Source: Polyangiales bacterium (GTDB taxonomy: Bacteria; Myxococcota_A; Polyangia; Polyangiales; Polyangiaceae). Taken from it: a stretch of 64,000 nt of DNA. Positions 50,113 through 59,948 of this stretch are shown piece by piece (within the stretch, counting starts at the first letter, position 1; the number at the start of each line of letters is the position of its first letter). Both the position numbers and the translations under genes were made by a program. The notes under the pieces are model-generated. The model saw only the letters and a program-made list of their open reading frames with translations, ran no database searches and was not told where the DNA came from. Location: NCBI GenBank assembly GCA_038231275.1, contig JBBRLQ010000002.1, forward strand, positions 32,001 to 96,000, given 5' to 3'.

Positions 50113-52302
50113 GTGGCGGGATCGCGGCTCGACATTGCAGGACGGACGATCGCGCGCTGCGAAGCGGGGGCGCTCGACGCCGAGTATTCGCTCTTCGAGG
50201 CCGGCGATCTCGAGCTGAAGGCGAGCGAGCCGGGCAACGTGCGCGAGATCGGGTATCGAACGACCGTCGCTCGCGCACGCGCGCGCCTCGAGGCGCAGGG
50301 AGTGACCGCGGAGCTCGTGCGCAAAGCAGCGGAGGCGTTCGCCCCGCTCACCGGTGTCTATGCCCGCGGCGGCACGGCGCGAAAGGTCGCGGCGAAGCTC
50401 GGCCCCGCGGAGCTCTTCGAAGGGCGCGAGCTCGACGCGGCGCGCCGGGTGTACGTCGGCGCGTGGATGGACATGGCGTCGCTTGCGCAGGACGTCGTCG
50501 TCTCGCGCGCGGCCGCCGGGCTCCAGGCGCTGCACCTCGCCGCCGTGCTCGCTGAGATGGAGGACGGGGCCACGGTGATGCTCCACACCATGGACCTCAC
50601 GCGCGCGCGGCGAATGGGCGAGCGCACGTTCCAGAGAATCGAGCTCGACGCCGCCCCCCAGCTGCCTGAGGCGCTGGAGATCCTCGCCGAGACGAGCCCG
50701 ACGTCCCCGGCGGAGCGCGAGGCCGGACCGACACGGATCGAGCTCGTGAGCGAGATGACCGAGCGCAGCAAGCTTTGCGCGACGGAGGAAGGGCGAACCC
50801 GGCTGGCTCAGATCGTCGCGGCGGCGTCGACGCGGGAGCAGCCGTCGCGCGGTCCGCTCGCAGAGCCGGAGCTTTGGGCGCTCGAGCGGCACATGAGCGC
50901 CGGGAGCGCCGAGGGCGTCCTCGAGAGGCTCGACGCCCTCGAGCGCACGCGCGGCAAGACGCCGGCGACGACGTACCTCCGCGCGCGCGCGCTCCTCATG
51001 GGCGGCCTCGAGTCTCCGGAGATCATCGCGGGGCGCGTGTCGACGCTGGCGCTGAGCCTCTCGTCCTTCGTCGAGCTGCAGCTGCTCGCGGCGCAGGCGT
51101 GGCTGCTCGCGGGCGATCCGAAGCGCGCCGCCGCGTACGCGAAGGATCTGACGACGGCCCCTTCGCTCGATCCGGATTTGCGCCAGCGCGCCGAGACGAT
51201 TTTCCGAACCGCGAGCGCGCCGCCGCCTCCGGCCGCGCCGCCGACCAGGCCTTCGGCGATCGATCCGAAGCGCATCCTCTCGGTGGACGGAGAGCCGCCG
51301 CCGGACACCGCGATCGATCCCACGCCGGTGGTGACCGTCCATCCGCCGCCGCTCGAGGCGAAGTCCATTCCGGACTCCAGCCCGCCCGCGCCGAAGCCGC
51401 AGAGCTCCGCGCCGCGCGCGTCCGGGTACTCGCAGCGGCCGGGCGTCCCCTACTCGGAGATCACGGGCGACCGGCCCGCGCGGACCTCGGCGCGACCCAA
51501 GAAGGGGTCGAGCGAGCCGCCGCCGCCGGGTGAGATGCCACCGCGCGGCGCCATCGGGCAGCCGCTCGTGCCGACGATCCCCGAGGCGGCGCCGACGCCA
51601 GTGCGCGTGCCCAGCGATCCGCCGCGCGACCACGTGCCCCGACGACCGAGCTCGCCTGCGGGGCTCGTCGAGGTGCGCGGCGAGCGGTCGGCAGGCAGCG
51701 ATGCAGTCCCGACGATCGGGAGGGGCGGCCCGACCGGGTACATGAAGGGGGCATCCCAGCCGCCGTTCCGCGTCGAGGAGATGGACGGCGCCCGCGGGCA
51801 CGAAAAGGAGCGACGCCTCGAGCCGCTCCACTCGGAGGGAGCGGAGTTCCTGAGCCTGCCGCGCATGGCCACCGGGGAGCCGCCGAACCCCGACTCCATT
51901 CCCCACAGCCCGACCGAGGCGCGCGTCCTCTTCACGTACTTGTCGCGCGAGCTCGGCGAGGAGTACCGCGTGAAGCGCGGCGTCGAGCTGCGCACGGACA
52001 TCGCGGCAATCGAGTCGATGCAGGCGCACCTCTTCGAGGCCTACCACGGCAAAGACGTGCACTCGCTCGAGGACTGGCTCGACGTCCGGCGTCACGGCGC
52101 GTTCCTGAGCGAGATCCTCGTGCGCACGCTCAGCGCGGAGTGGAGCGACGTAACGCCGCGCGAGCTCGGGTACTGGGCCATGTCGGTCCCGTCGGGGACG
52201 CGAATCTGGCCGTTCGCGCGCGTCCTCCGCTTCGTGGCGATGGGCCCGAAGGAGCGCGATCTCGTCAGCTACTATTTGGAATTGAAGTGGCGTTCGCGCT
52301 GA
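50113..52302 (+). CDS. Multidomain hypothetical protein (HEPN/Toprim-N-like, helical repeats, Pro-rich, DUF3806-like)
   Basis: 729-aa ORF with coding-like GC3; domain resemblances judged by eye only. Confidence 0.7.
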   Translation: MAGSRLDIAGRTIARCEAGALDAEYSLFEAGDLELKASEPGNVREIGYRTTVARARARLEAQGVTAELVRKAAEAFAPLTGVYARGGTARKVAAKLGPAELFEGRELDAARRVYVGAWMDMASLAQDVVVSRAAAGLQALHLAAVLAEMEDGATVMLHTMDLTRARRMGERTFQRIELDAAPQLPEALEILAETSPTSPAEREAGPTRIELVSEMTERSKLCATEEGRTRLAQIVAAASTREQPSRGPLAEPELWALERHMSAGSAEGVLERLDALERTRGKTPATTYLRARALLMGGLESPEIIAGRVSTLALSLSSFVELQLLAAQAWLLAGDPKRAAAYAKDLTTAPSLDPDLRQRAETIFRTASAPPPPAAPPTRPSAIDPKRILSVDGEPPPDTAIDPTPVVTVHPPPLEAKSIPDSSPPAPKPQSSAPRASGYSQRPGVPYSEITGDRPARTSARPKKGSSEPPPPGEMPPRGAIGQPLVPTIPEAAPTPVRVPSDPPRDHVPRRPSSPAGLVEVRGERSAGSDAVPTIGRGGPTGYMKGASQPPFRVEEMDGARGHEKERRLEPLHSEGAEFLSLPRMATGEPPNPDSIPHSPTEARVLFTYLSRELGEEYRVKRGVELRTDIAAIESMQAHLFEAYHGKDVHSLEDWLDVRRHGAFLSEILVRTLSAEWSDVTPRELGYWAMSVPSGTRIWPFARVLRFVAMGPKERDLVSYYLELKWRSR

Positions 52303-52312
52303 GGCTGCCCCA

Positions 52313-52825
52313 TTGAGCAACCCCAACTACATCACCGCCGAGGGCGCGCGGCGCCTCCAAGACGAGCTCGGGCACCTCCGCTCGAAGGAGCGCCCCAAGG
52401 TCGTGCAAGAGGTGTCCGACGCCGCCGCGCAGGGCGATCGCAGCGAGAACGCCGAGTACATCTATGGCAAGAAGCGCCTGCGCGAGATCGATCGCCGCAT
52501 GCACTACCTCACGAGGCGCCTCGAGTCCGCGGTCGTGGTCACGCCCGAAGCCCGCCCCGATGGCCGCATCTTCTTCGGCGCGACGGTCGACGTCGAGGAC
52601 GAGGAAGGCGAGAGCACGACCTACGTCATCGTCGGCGAGGACGAGACGGAGCCCAAGAGCGGCCGTATCTCCTGGAGATCGCCGATCGGCCGCTCGCTCC
52701 TCAACAAGAAGGAGGGCGACACGGTCACCTTCCGCAAGCCGGTCCCTACCGTTGCGGGCATGACGGTGCGCTCGACCGAGACGATCGAGGTGGAGCTCTC
52801 GATCGTCGCCGTGCGCTACTGCTGA
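52313..52825 (+). CDS. greB: Transcription elongation factor GreB
   Basis: YIT.EG, AAAQGDRSENAEYIYGKKRLREIDRR, FFGATV, ISWRSP. Confidence 0.95.
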   Translation: MSNPNYITAEGARRLQDELGHLRSKERPKVVQEVSDAAAQGDRSENAEYIYGKKRLREIDRRMHYLTRRLESAVVVTPEARPDGRIFFGATVDVEDEEGESTTYVIVGEDETEPKSGRISWRSPIGRSLLNKKEGDTVTFRKPVPTVAGMTVRSTETIEVELSIVAVRYC

Positions 52826-53754
52826 AGGATCAGCTTGCCGGTGACGAGCGCGGCGTTCTGGTCGTGCAGGTACCAGTTGTAGGTCGTCATCGCGGTGAGC
52901 GTGCGCACGCTGTCCGCCGCGCCGGTGGCGAGCGGGTTGTTGGTGTTGCCGTGCGCGAATCCGTTTTTGCCGTCGGCGTGGATGATGTGCCCGGTCGAGT
53001 CCTTGTTCACGATCGTGAGCTTCACGGGCGCGCCGTGGATGATCGTCCCGGCGGCGGGGCCGAAGCCGGTGTTGTAGGGCGCGCCCGTCGTGCCCTTGTT
53101 CGACTCCGCGTCGGCCGGGATGTAGAGCGTGAGGTTCGAGGTCGCCGAGAAGGTCACGTTCGTCGTGATCGGCGTCACCGACGTCGCGGTCGCGGTGACC
53201 GTGAAGGGGACGTCGCCGATCTTCGAGGACTTCACCGTCAGCATCGCCGAGGCGGCCGCGCCTCCGGTGATCGTGAGCGACGTCTTGTCGAGCTTCGCGT
53301 CGAGCTCCGCGGGGGCGGTCAGCGTGAGGGTGACCGCGCCGGTGAACCCGTTCGCGGGCGCGACCGTCACGACCGTCGTCTGATCGGCGAGGAGATCGCC
53401 CTTCAACGCGACCGATCCGAGCGAGACCGTGACGGCAGGCGCGGCGGTGCCGCTGGAGCCGCTCGATCCGCTGGTTCCGCTCGTGCCGCTGCTGCTGCCT
53501 CCGCTGCTGCTGCCTCCGGAAGAAGAGGAGCCGCCGCCGCTGGAGGTCGATCCGCCGCCACTGGACGTCGACCCGCCGCTGGACGACGAGGCGCCGGAGT
53601 TGTTCCCGCTCGACGACGCGTTGCCGCCGTTCGAGTGCCACGTCGAGCTCGTGTTGTCGCTCGCGTCGCCGCACGCGACGGCGAACGAGCACGCGCCCGC
53701 GAGGAGCGCCACGAAGCCGACACGACCCAGGTTTCCAGCGTGCGTAAACGGCAT
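52816..53754 (-). CDS. Lipoprotein with Ser/Gly linker, Ig-like domain and cupredoxin-like C-terminus
   Basis: AVAC lipobox; (SSGG)n; NGFTGAVTL; N.D...HIIH..AH..WYLHD. Confidence 0.75.
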   Translation of the reverse strand: MPFTHAGNLGRVGFVALLAGACSFAVACGDASDNTSSTWHSNGGNASSSGNNSGASSSSGGSTSSGGGSTSSGGGSSSSGGSSSGGSSSGTSGTSGSSGSSGTAAPAVTVSLGSVALKGDLLADQTTVVTVAPANGFTGAVTLTLTAPAELDAKLDKTSLTITGGAAASAMLTVKSSKIGDVPFTVTATATSVTPITTNVTFSATSNLTLYIPADAESNKGTTGAPYNTGFGPAAGTIIHGAPVKLTIVNKDSTGHIIHADGKNGFAHGNTNNPLATGAADSVRTLTAMTTYNWYLHDQNAALVTGKLILQQ

Positions 53755-53947
53755 GACCGCAAACAAGTGCAAGCGAGGAGCCAAAGCGGGTCGCCGAGGC
53801 CGCTTGTCTCGAACGCGGAGACGCGCGCGTCACCGTTCCGCTGATAGGCGATAAATTGCCTATTTTTCGCGTCTCAACGACGTGGATCGCACATGCACCA
53901 TGCGCACGCGAACGGTGCGCGAGTGGACGAGCGCGCGACCGGGTGAG

Positions 53948-55282
53948 TCAGCTTCGATCCAGTTTTCGGGCTGCAGCCGCGAGCGCGAGGAGGAGCGCGA
54001 AGCCGATCGCCGATGCACCACCCCTACCCGTCGCGCCACACCCGCACGCGCGCTTGGCGGGGAGAGCCGCCCCGGCCGACGGCGCTTCGGTCGCCGCGTC
54101 CTTCGGTGGCGCGGCGTCGATCGCCATGGACGGCACGGCGCGAGGCGGCGCAACGACGGCCGCGCGGACCTCGCCCCAGAGCGAGGCGCACGTCGCCCCC
54201 GCGCCCGCCTCACACGCGAGCGGCCCCTTCACGTCGTCGAACGCCGCGAGCGGGCGAAACGTCGTCGCCGCGTCGGTCGAGACGGCGACTGCCCAGCCCC
54301 CGCGTGTGTACGGGTTCGAGCACGCAAAGACACGCGGGCCGTCGGCAAACATGCAGAGCACGCTCGTCTTGGACGCCGCCTCCCACGTCGCGCCGCGATC
54401 GCGCGAGCGGAACACCCCCTCGATCGGATCGCCCGCGCCGGCGAAATAGGACGCCCCGTCGACGGCGGCGGCGAAGCCGAACATCGAGCTCTTCGTCTTG
54501 AGCACGGAGACGAAGGTCTTGCCTCCGTCGGCGGACAAGAGGAGATCGGTCCCCGACTCGTTCGTGTGGCGAACGAACAGGCGATCGGGATCTTTCGGAT
54601 CGATCGCCGAGAGGAAGAGGCGGCCGTCCTTCTCGAGCTTCACGTCGAGCTCGTCGAGCGTCGCGCCGCCGTCGTCGGATCGGAACAGGTGCGCGCGCTT
54701 CCCTCCCCCGACCGGCGCCGCGGTCGCGTACACGCGCGTCGGCTTCGAAGGCGCGACGTCCACGGTGTCGAAGCTCACGCCGGTGACGCCGGCGCCGAGG
54801 CGTGCGAACGGCGCCTTCGCGTTCGGACGACGCCACACGAACGCGGGCTTACCGGGCGTCGACGTGACCACGACCACGCGGTCGCCGCCCGGCTCGGTCG
54901 TCAGATCGACGACGCTCTCTCCGGTGAGCTCCGGCACGCGAATCACGTCGCACCCGTCTTGCGTCGACGAGAGCCCGTCCGGAAGGCCGCTCCACAATCG
55001 CCCGTCGCGCGTCGCGGCGATGGGCGGGTCCCACGTGCCGGAGAAGCCCATCGCCTGCTCGCAGATCCAGCTCCACGTCGCGCCGGCGTCGCGCGAGACG
55101 AGCACGCCGAACGTGGCGCGCAGAAACACGGTCTTCCCGTCGCTGCCCGGCACCGTGACGATCTGCTGCGCCTTGGGAAAGCGACCGTTCGCGCGTGCCG
55201 GCATCGAGAAGAAGAGGAGGAAGCAGACGAGGAGCACGTGCTGCGCGAGCGCGGCGAACGTCGGACCGAGGCGAGGGCTCAC
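53948..55282 (-). CDS. BNR/Asp-box beta-propeller protein with MYXO-CTERM-like tail
   Basis: ANGRFP, SRDAGATW, SDDGGAT, SADGGKTF, SRDRGATW; CGC..TM..RK tail. Confidence 0.85.
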   Translation of the reverse strand: MSPRLGPTFAALAQHVLLVCFLLFFSMPARANGRFPKAQQIVTVPGSDGKTVFLRATFGVLVSRDAGATWSWICEQAMGFSGTWDPPIAATRDGRLWSGLPDGLSSTQDGCDVIRVPELTGESVVDLTTEPGGDRVVVVTSTPGKPAFVWRRPNAKAPFARLGAGVTGVSFDTVDVAPSKPTRVYATAAPVGGGKRAHLFRSDDGGATLDELDVKLEKDGRLFLSAIDPKDPDRLFVRHTNESGTDLLLSADGGKTFVSVLKTKSSMFGFAAAVDGASYFAGAGDPIEGVFRSRDRGATWEAASKTSVLCMFADGPRVFACSNPYTRGGWAVAVSTDAATTFRPLAAFDDVKGPLACEAGAGATCASLWGEVRAAVVAPPRAVPSMAIDAAPPKDAATEAPSAGAALPAKRACGCGATGRGGASAIGFALLLALAAAARKLDRS

Positions 55283-55321
55283 GGTCTCTTTCTACCTCGG
55301 ACGGGATATGCTCGTCACCGG

Positions 55322-56519
55322 ATGACGGCAATGACGGCGATGACGGAGACGAGCCGTGCCGTGGCGTTCTTGCTCGCCTGCCTCGTTGCGCCGGCATGCA
55401 AGCGCCCCGCCGACCCCGGACCGCTCACCAAAGGCGAGAAGGTCGACGTCCCGCGCGCGCGCCGCGTACGTGACCAACAACGGCTCCGATTCGCTGAGCG
55501 TCCTCGATCGCGACGGCGATCGCGTGCAGACGATCTCCGTCGACGTCGATCCGAAGGCGCACGAGGCGCCACATCACCTCGCGATCGACGCCGCGTCGGG
55601 CGCGGTCTACGTCGCGCTCGCCTTCCCTGCCCCGCCCACGGCCTCGAAGGATCCGCACAAGGCGCACGGGAACGGCGACGATCCCGGGAAGCTCGCGTGG
55701 CTCGATTTGTCGACGCTCGCCGTGATCGCGACGCGCGACGTCGACGAGAACCCCGGCGACATCGTCCTGACGCACGATCGCACGCGTCTCCTCGTCACGC
55801 ACTACGACATGAAGCGCGCGATGGATGTCGCGATGGCCGGCGGCAACGCGGGGGCGATGGCGGCGACGCTGCAGGTCTGGGACGCGAAGACCAAGACCAA
55901 GCTCGCCGAGCGCGCGGTGTGCGTCGCCCCCCACGGCGTCGCGGTCACCGCCGACGATCGCACCGCGATGGTCGCGTGCTACGGCTCCGACGAGCTCGCG
56001 GTCGTCGATTTGTCGTCGCCTGGGCTCCCCACCGCGCGCTATCCGCTCGGCGCGCAGCAGGGCCTGCCGGGAGTCCCGCACTTCGGTCCTTACTCGGCCA
56101 CGCTCTCCCCCGACGGCGCGCGCGTCGTCGTCGCGAGCCTCGAGGGCGCCGACGTCCGTGTCTTCGATCGCGCGAAAAAAGCCTTTCTGCCCGAGCGAAC
56201 GATGACGTTGGGCGCGCGCGTGATGATGCCCGATTTCCTCGACGGGGCGACGCTCGTGGCGCCGCTGCAGGGTCCCGATGGCGTCGCACGCCTCGACGTG
56301 GAGACCGGCGCGGTCGTCGCGCGCGTTCCGTTCGGCGACACGGTCTGCCAAAACCCTCACGCGGCGCGGCGTGCGAAGGACGGGCGCGTGTACGTCGTCT
56401 GCGAAGGGGATCACAAAGCGCCGGGCGCCGTGGTGGAGATCGATCCTAAGTCTCTCGCCGTGAAGCGTCGCTGGGTCGTCGGTGTGTACCCCGACGGGAT
56501 CGCCTTCGCGGACGATTGA
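55322..56519 (+). pseudogene. YVTN/YncE beta-propeller lipoprotein, frameshifted near 55452-55461 (or a sequence error)
   Basis: Signal peptide/lipobox (VAFLLACLVAPAC) lies in one frame and the AYVTNNGSDSLSVLD propeller in another; the junction is a (CG)5 run. Confidence 0.75.
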
Positions 56520-56530
56520 AGAAGCCTCGG

Positions 56531-58087
56531 CTACAGATCCGTGCGGATTTTGCGACCGTGCACCGAGCCGGCGGGGGCCGTGGTGGGCGCGCTGCTTGGC
56601 GGCGGGGTCGCGGCGGTCTGGGGAGCCGACGTCGAGGGCGGAGCAACGGGTCGAGGTGTGCCTAGCGGACGCGGCGCGGGCGTCGCGGCTTTCGCCGTCC
56701 CCGAGGGGACGTCGGAGGGAACAGGGGACGACGCCACGACGGAAGGTGACGGGTCAGTGGTGTCGGGCGGCAGCGGTGTCGGCGTCGCGACCGTCGGTGG
56801 CGGCGTCACAGGCACGTCCACTTGCGTGGTCGGCAGCGACGGGCCCGCGGTGTTGGGCGTCGAACGAGCCTTGAGCGCGAGGACGACGCCACCCACGACG
56901 ACGAGCCCAAGGACGACCGCGACCAGGCCCGCGGGCGATCGCTTCTTCTCCGGGGATCGCTCGGCCGCCGAGGTCTGTCGGCTCGGAGACGACTGCGCGT
57001 CCACCGACGCGGCTACCGGTTCGACGCCCGCGACCAGCGTGCCGCCTTTGAAGGACGGTCGTCCTTTCCCCGCGTCGCTCTCGCTCCAGGCGGTCGGCGT
57101 GGTCTTGCCCTCGGTCGCCGCTTTGAGGCGCTCGCTCTGGGACGACGGGTTCACCGACACGACAACCTGTGACGCCGGCACCATTCGCCCGCTCGTCCGC
57201 ATCGTCCGCTCGAACGCGAGGCTCGGCCGCCCCTGCGCGCGGCCCCACTGCTCGATGGCGCCGCGCATCTCTTCGGCGCTCTGGTAGCGCGCCGTGGGAT
57301 CGCGCGACATCGCGCGCATCACGATCTCGACGAACGCCGGGTCGACGTCGGGGACGAGCGTCTCGAGCGGCGCGGGCGTCTCCAGCGCGATCTTGAAGAG
57401 GAGCTCGTGGAAATTCTCGCCGTCGAACGGCAAGGCGCCGGATACCGCGCGGTACAAGATGACGCCGAGCGCGTAGAGATCGGTCCTCTGATCGACCTCC
57501 TTGTTGTTCCCGCGCGCCTGCTCGGGCGACATGTAATGCGGCGTTCCCATCACGGCGCCGCTGCGGGTCATCATCTCGGGATCGTCGGGTAGCGAGGTGA
57601 ACTTGGAGACGCCGAAGTCGAGGATCTTCACGATCTCCCCCTTCGGCGTCCGCGCAAGGAAGACGTTCCCGGGCTTCAGGTCGCGGTGGATGATGCCGGC
57701 GCAGTGCATCGCGCCGAGCCCGTCGAGGAGCTGATGGGCGATGAGTGCTGCGTCGCTCGCGGTGAGGCGTCCCGCGCCGAGGCGCGCGCCGAGGCTCTCG
57801 CCCTCCAGGTACTCCATCACCATGAACGACTCGCCGTTCGGCAGATCGCCGAGGTCGAGCACGTCGACGATGTGCCCCGAGCCGATCTTCGCCGCCGCCT
57901 GCGCCTCGCGCTGGAAGCGCCGCAAGAGGTCGGTGTTGGCGACCGCCTCGGCGTGCATCACCTTGATGGCGACGCGCCGCCCGATGCGGAGGTTCTCGCC
58001 TTCGTAGACGGCCCCCATTCCCCCCTCGCCGATCATCCGAACGACGCGGTACTTGCCGTCGACGATTTGTCCGGGCGAAAGAGCCAT
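56531..58087 (-). CDS. Hanks-type Ser/Thr protein kinase with TM and Pro/Thr-rich tail
   Basis: GEGGMG, VAIK, HRDLKPGN, DFG, GTPHYMSPEQ. Confidence 0.96.
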   Translation of the reverse strand: MALSPGQIVDGKYRVVRMIGEGGMGAVYEGENLRIGRRVAIKVMHAEAVANTDLLRRFQREAQAAAKIGSGHIVDVLDLGDLPNGESFMVMEYLEGESLGARLGAGRLTASDAALIAHQLLDGLGAMHCAGIIHRDLKPGNVFLARTPKGEIVKILDFGVSKFTSLPDDPEMMTRSGAVMGTPHYMSPEQARGNNKEVDQRTDLYALGVILYRAVSGALPFDGENFHELLFKIALETPAPLETLVPDVDPAFVEIVMRAMSRDPTARYQSAEEMRGAIEQWGRAQGRPSLAFERTMRTSGRMVPASQVVVSVNPSSQSERLKAATEGKTTPTAWSESDAGKGRPSFKGGTLVAGVEPVAASVDAQSSPSRQTSAAERSPEKKRSPAGLVAVVLGLVVVGGVVLALKARSTPNTAGPSLPTTQVDVPVTPPPTVATPTPLPPDTTDPSPSVVASSPVPSDVPSGTAKAATPAPRPLGTPRPVAPPSTSAPQTAATPPPSSAPTTAPAGSVHGRKIRTDL

Positions 58088-58117
58088 TGTCCCTCTTACT
58101 TCGATATCACGATTCGA

Positions 58118-58978
58118 TCACGGGGGCCCGACGTCCTCGTGCGCCGGCGGTGAGGCCCCGTCGAACGTGAAGGCGAGTCCCTGCGCGGTCGCCGTCGCGG
58201 ACATTTTCCAGCCCAGATCGCCCGCATTTTTGGCCGGATCATCGAAGACGTTGTTCCCGTTCGCGTCGAGGTAGACGTACACGTCGTACGTCACCTCCGG
58301 GTCGATCACGCCGCCCACCGTTCCGTCGACGGCGCCGGCCGGCAACGCCGGAATGCGAAAGAGCGCGGCGGTGTGGCCCGACGTCGCGTCGGCGATGCGG
58401 ACCTGGAGGAATTTCCCCTGGAACGCGTCGAGGTTCACGAAATGCAGCGTCGCGCCGACGCCGGGATCCTTCGGCGGGTTCGGCGTTCCGGCGGGCCAGT
58501 CGTTGATCTCGGCGAACGACGTGTTGTGGTCGTAGACGATCGTGATGGTGTTCGGATCGTCGGAGGCGGTCGACACGAGCGGCTCGATCCGCCAGCCGTG
58601 ATCGTGATCGGCGGCCGCGGTGAGGCCGTCCCATCCGCCCGAGTGGTTCTTGTCCGCGTAGAAATCGAGCCGGTAGGGGCCGTTCACGCGGGGGACTGCC
58701 TTGGGCACGTGCACCGTCGTGTCCGGCGTCCCCATGACTTTGTAGGCGCCGCGCATCTGGACGATGTTGTTTCGATCGATGACGCGGAACTCGAACAGGT
58801 TCGTCGGGTGTGCGACGGCGCCGCGGAACGTGAACGAGAGATCCTGGTAGTCGCCGGTGCCGCCGGCGGCGCCGTGGAAGCGATCGAGGTTCGTCACGGC
58901 GAAGCACGACGAGGTCACGGCGCCCGCGAGTACAAGAAGGCCGAGGAGCGCGGAGGCGGCCAGGGGGCGGCGGCGCAT
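58118..58978 (-). CDS. Lipoprotein with internally duplicated beta domain
   Basis: ATG overlaps the upstream TGA; signal ending TSSC; YADKNHSGGWD..DHGW and YLDANGNNVFD..DLGW. Confidence 0.8.
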   Translation of the reverse strand: MRRRPLAASALLGLLVLAGAVTSSCFAVTNLDRFHGAAGGTGDYQDLSFTFRGAVAHPTNLFEFRVIDRNNIVQMRGAYKVMGTPDTTVHVPKAVPRVNGPYRLDFYADKNHSGGWDGLTAAADHDHGWRIEPLVSTASDDPNTITIVYDHNTSFAEINDWPAGTPNPPKDPGVGATLHFVNLDAFQGKFLQVRIADATSGHTAALFRIPALPAGAVDGTVGGVIDPEVTYDVYVYLDANGNNVFDDPAKNAGDLGWKMSATATAQGLAFTFDGASPPAHEDVGPP

Positions 58979-59931
58979 CAGAACCTCACCCGAAATCCGT
59001 CGGCGGCGGCCGCGGTCGCCTTGCTGCTGCCGCCGGACAAGAGGAGCCAGGTGAGACCACCCGCGGCCAGGATCCCGCCACCAATGAGCAGGAAATCGGT
59101 GGCGCGCACGAGGCCGCGCGCCGACGAGCGGTTGCCGTCGAGATCGTAGCTCGCGGGGCAGGTGTTGTTCGGGCACGCGGTCGCGATGTCGCCCGTCTTG
59201 CCGAGGGCGAGGATGCCGGTGATGGTGCCCGCGGCGAGGAGCGCGCCGCCGATGCCGACCGTGATCCACGCGCCGATCGGCGCCGGTCGCGACGCAGGCT
59301 CGCCAGGCGCCATGGAGATCGGCGCGGCTTGCTTCTTCTTCATGTCGAACACGCGCGACTCTCGCGAGCCGGCCTGCGCATCGAGCTCCCACACGGAGTC
59401 GTCGAACCCTTCGACCTTCACCGTGACGATATGGTGCCCTGGGCGGACGCCGATTTCGAGGCGGCCGCGCACCGGTCCGTAGGCGTTGGTGATGGGCCCG
59501 CCCTTCACGGGGACGCGGACGTCGGTGACGCGCGCCTCGATCTCGCTGACTTTGATCTCGAGCTTCGCGAGGCCGACTTGGAGCGTCTGCAGGTCGCGCG
59601 TGATCTGCACGCGCTCCTCGGCGTCGATGTCTTTCACGTCGCGGAGGTAGCGCGTGTACGCATCGATCGCCTCGGCGTCGCGCTCGAGGCGCATCGCGCA
59701 GTAGCCGATGTTGCCGAGGATCTTCGCCGACGCCGAGATGCCGTACGCGGCCTTGAACTCGCGATACGCGTCCTCGACGCGCTCGCCGTCCGGATCCTGG
59801 AGGAGGTTCACGCCGGCCTTGAAGTGGGCGCGCGCGTCGTCGCTGATCGGCGCGTCGTCACCACGGGCCGATCCGTGCACGAGCGCGCCACCGATCGCGA
59901 GCGCCAGAACCAGGGGGATGGATGCACGCAT
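58978..59931 (-). CDS. TPR-like + PEGA-like protein with C-terminal hydrophobic segments
   Basis: ARAHFKAGV, LGNIG.C..LER..EAI..Y..YL, RPGHHIVTV..GF, Gly-rich TM-like helices. Confidence 0.8.
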   Translation of the reverse strand: MRASIPLVLALAIGGALVHGSARGDDAPISDDARAHFKAGVNLLQDPDGERVEDAYREFKAAYGISASAKILGNIGYCAMRLERDAEAIDAYTRYLRDVKDIDAEERVQITRDLQTLQVGLAKLEIKVSEIEARVTDVRVPVKGGPITNAYGPVRGRLEIGVRPGHHIVTVKVEGFDDSVWELDAQAGSRESRVFDMKKKQAAPISMAPGEPASRPAPIGAWITVGIGGALLAAGTITGILALGKTGDIATACPNNTCPASYDLDGNRSSARGLVRATDFLLIGGGILAAGGLTWLLLSGGSSKATAAAADGFRVRF

Positions 59932-59948
59932 CGGCGCGCATTATGCGC

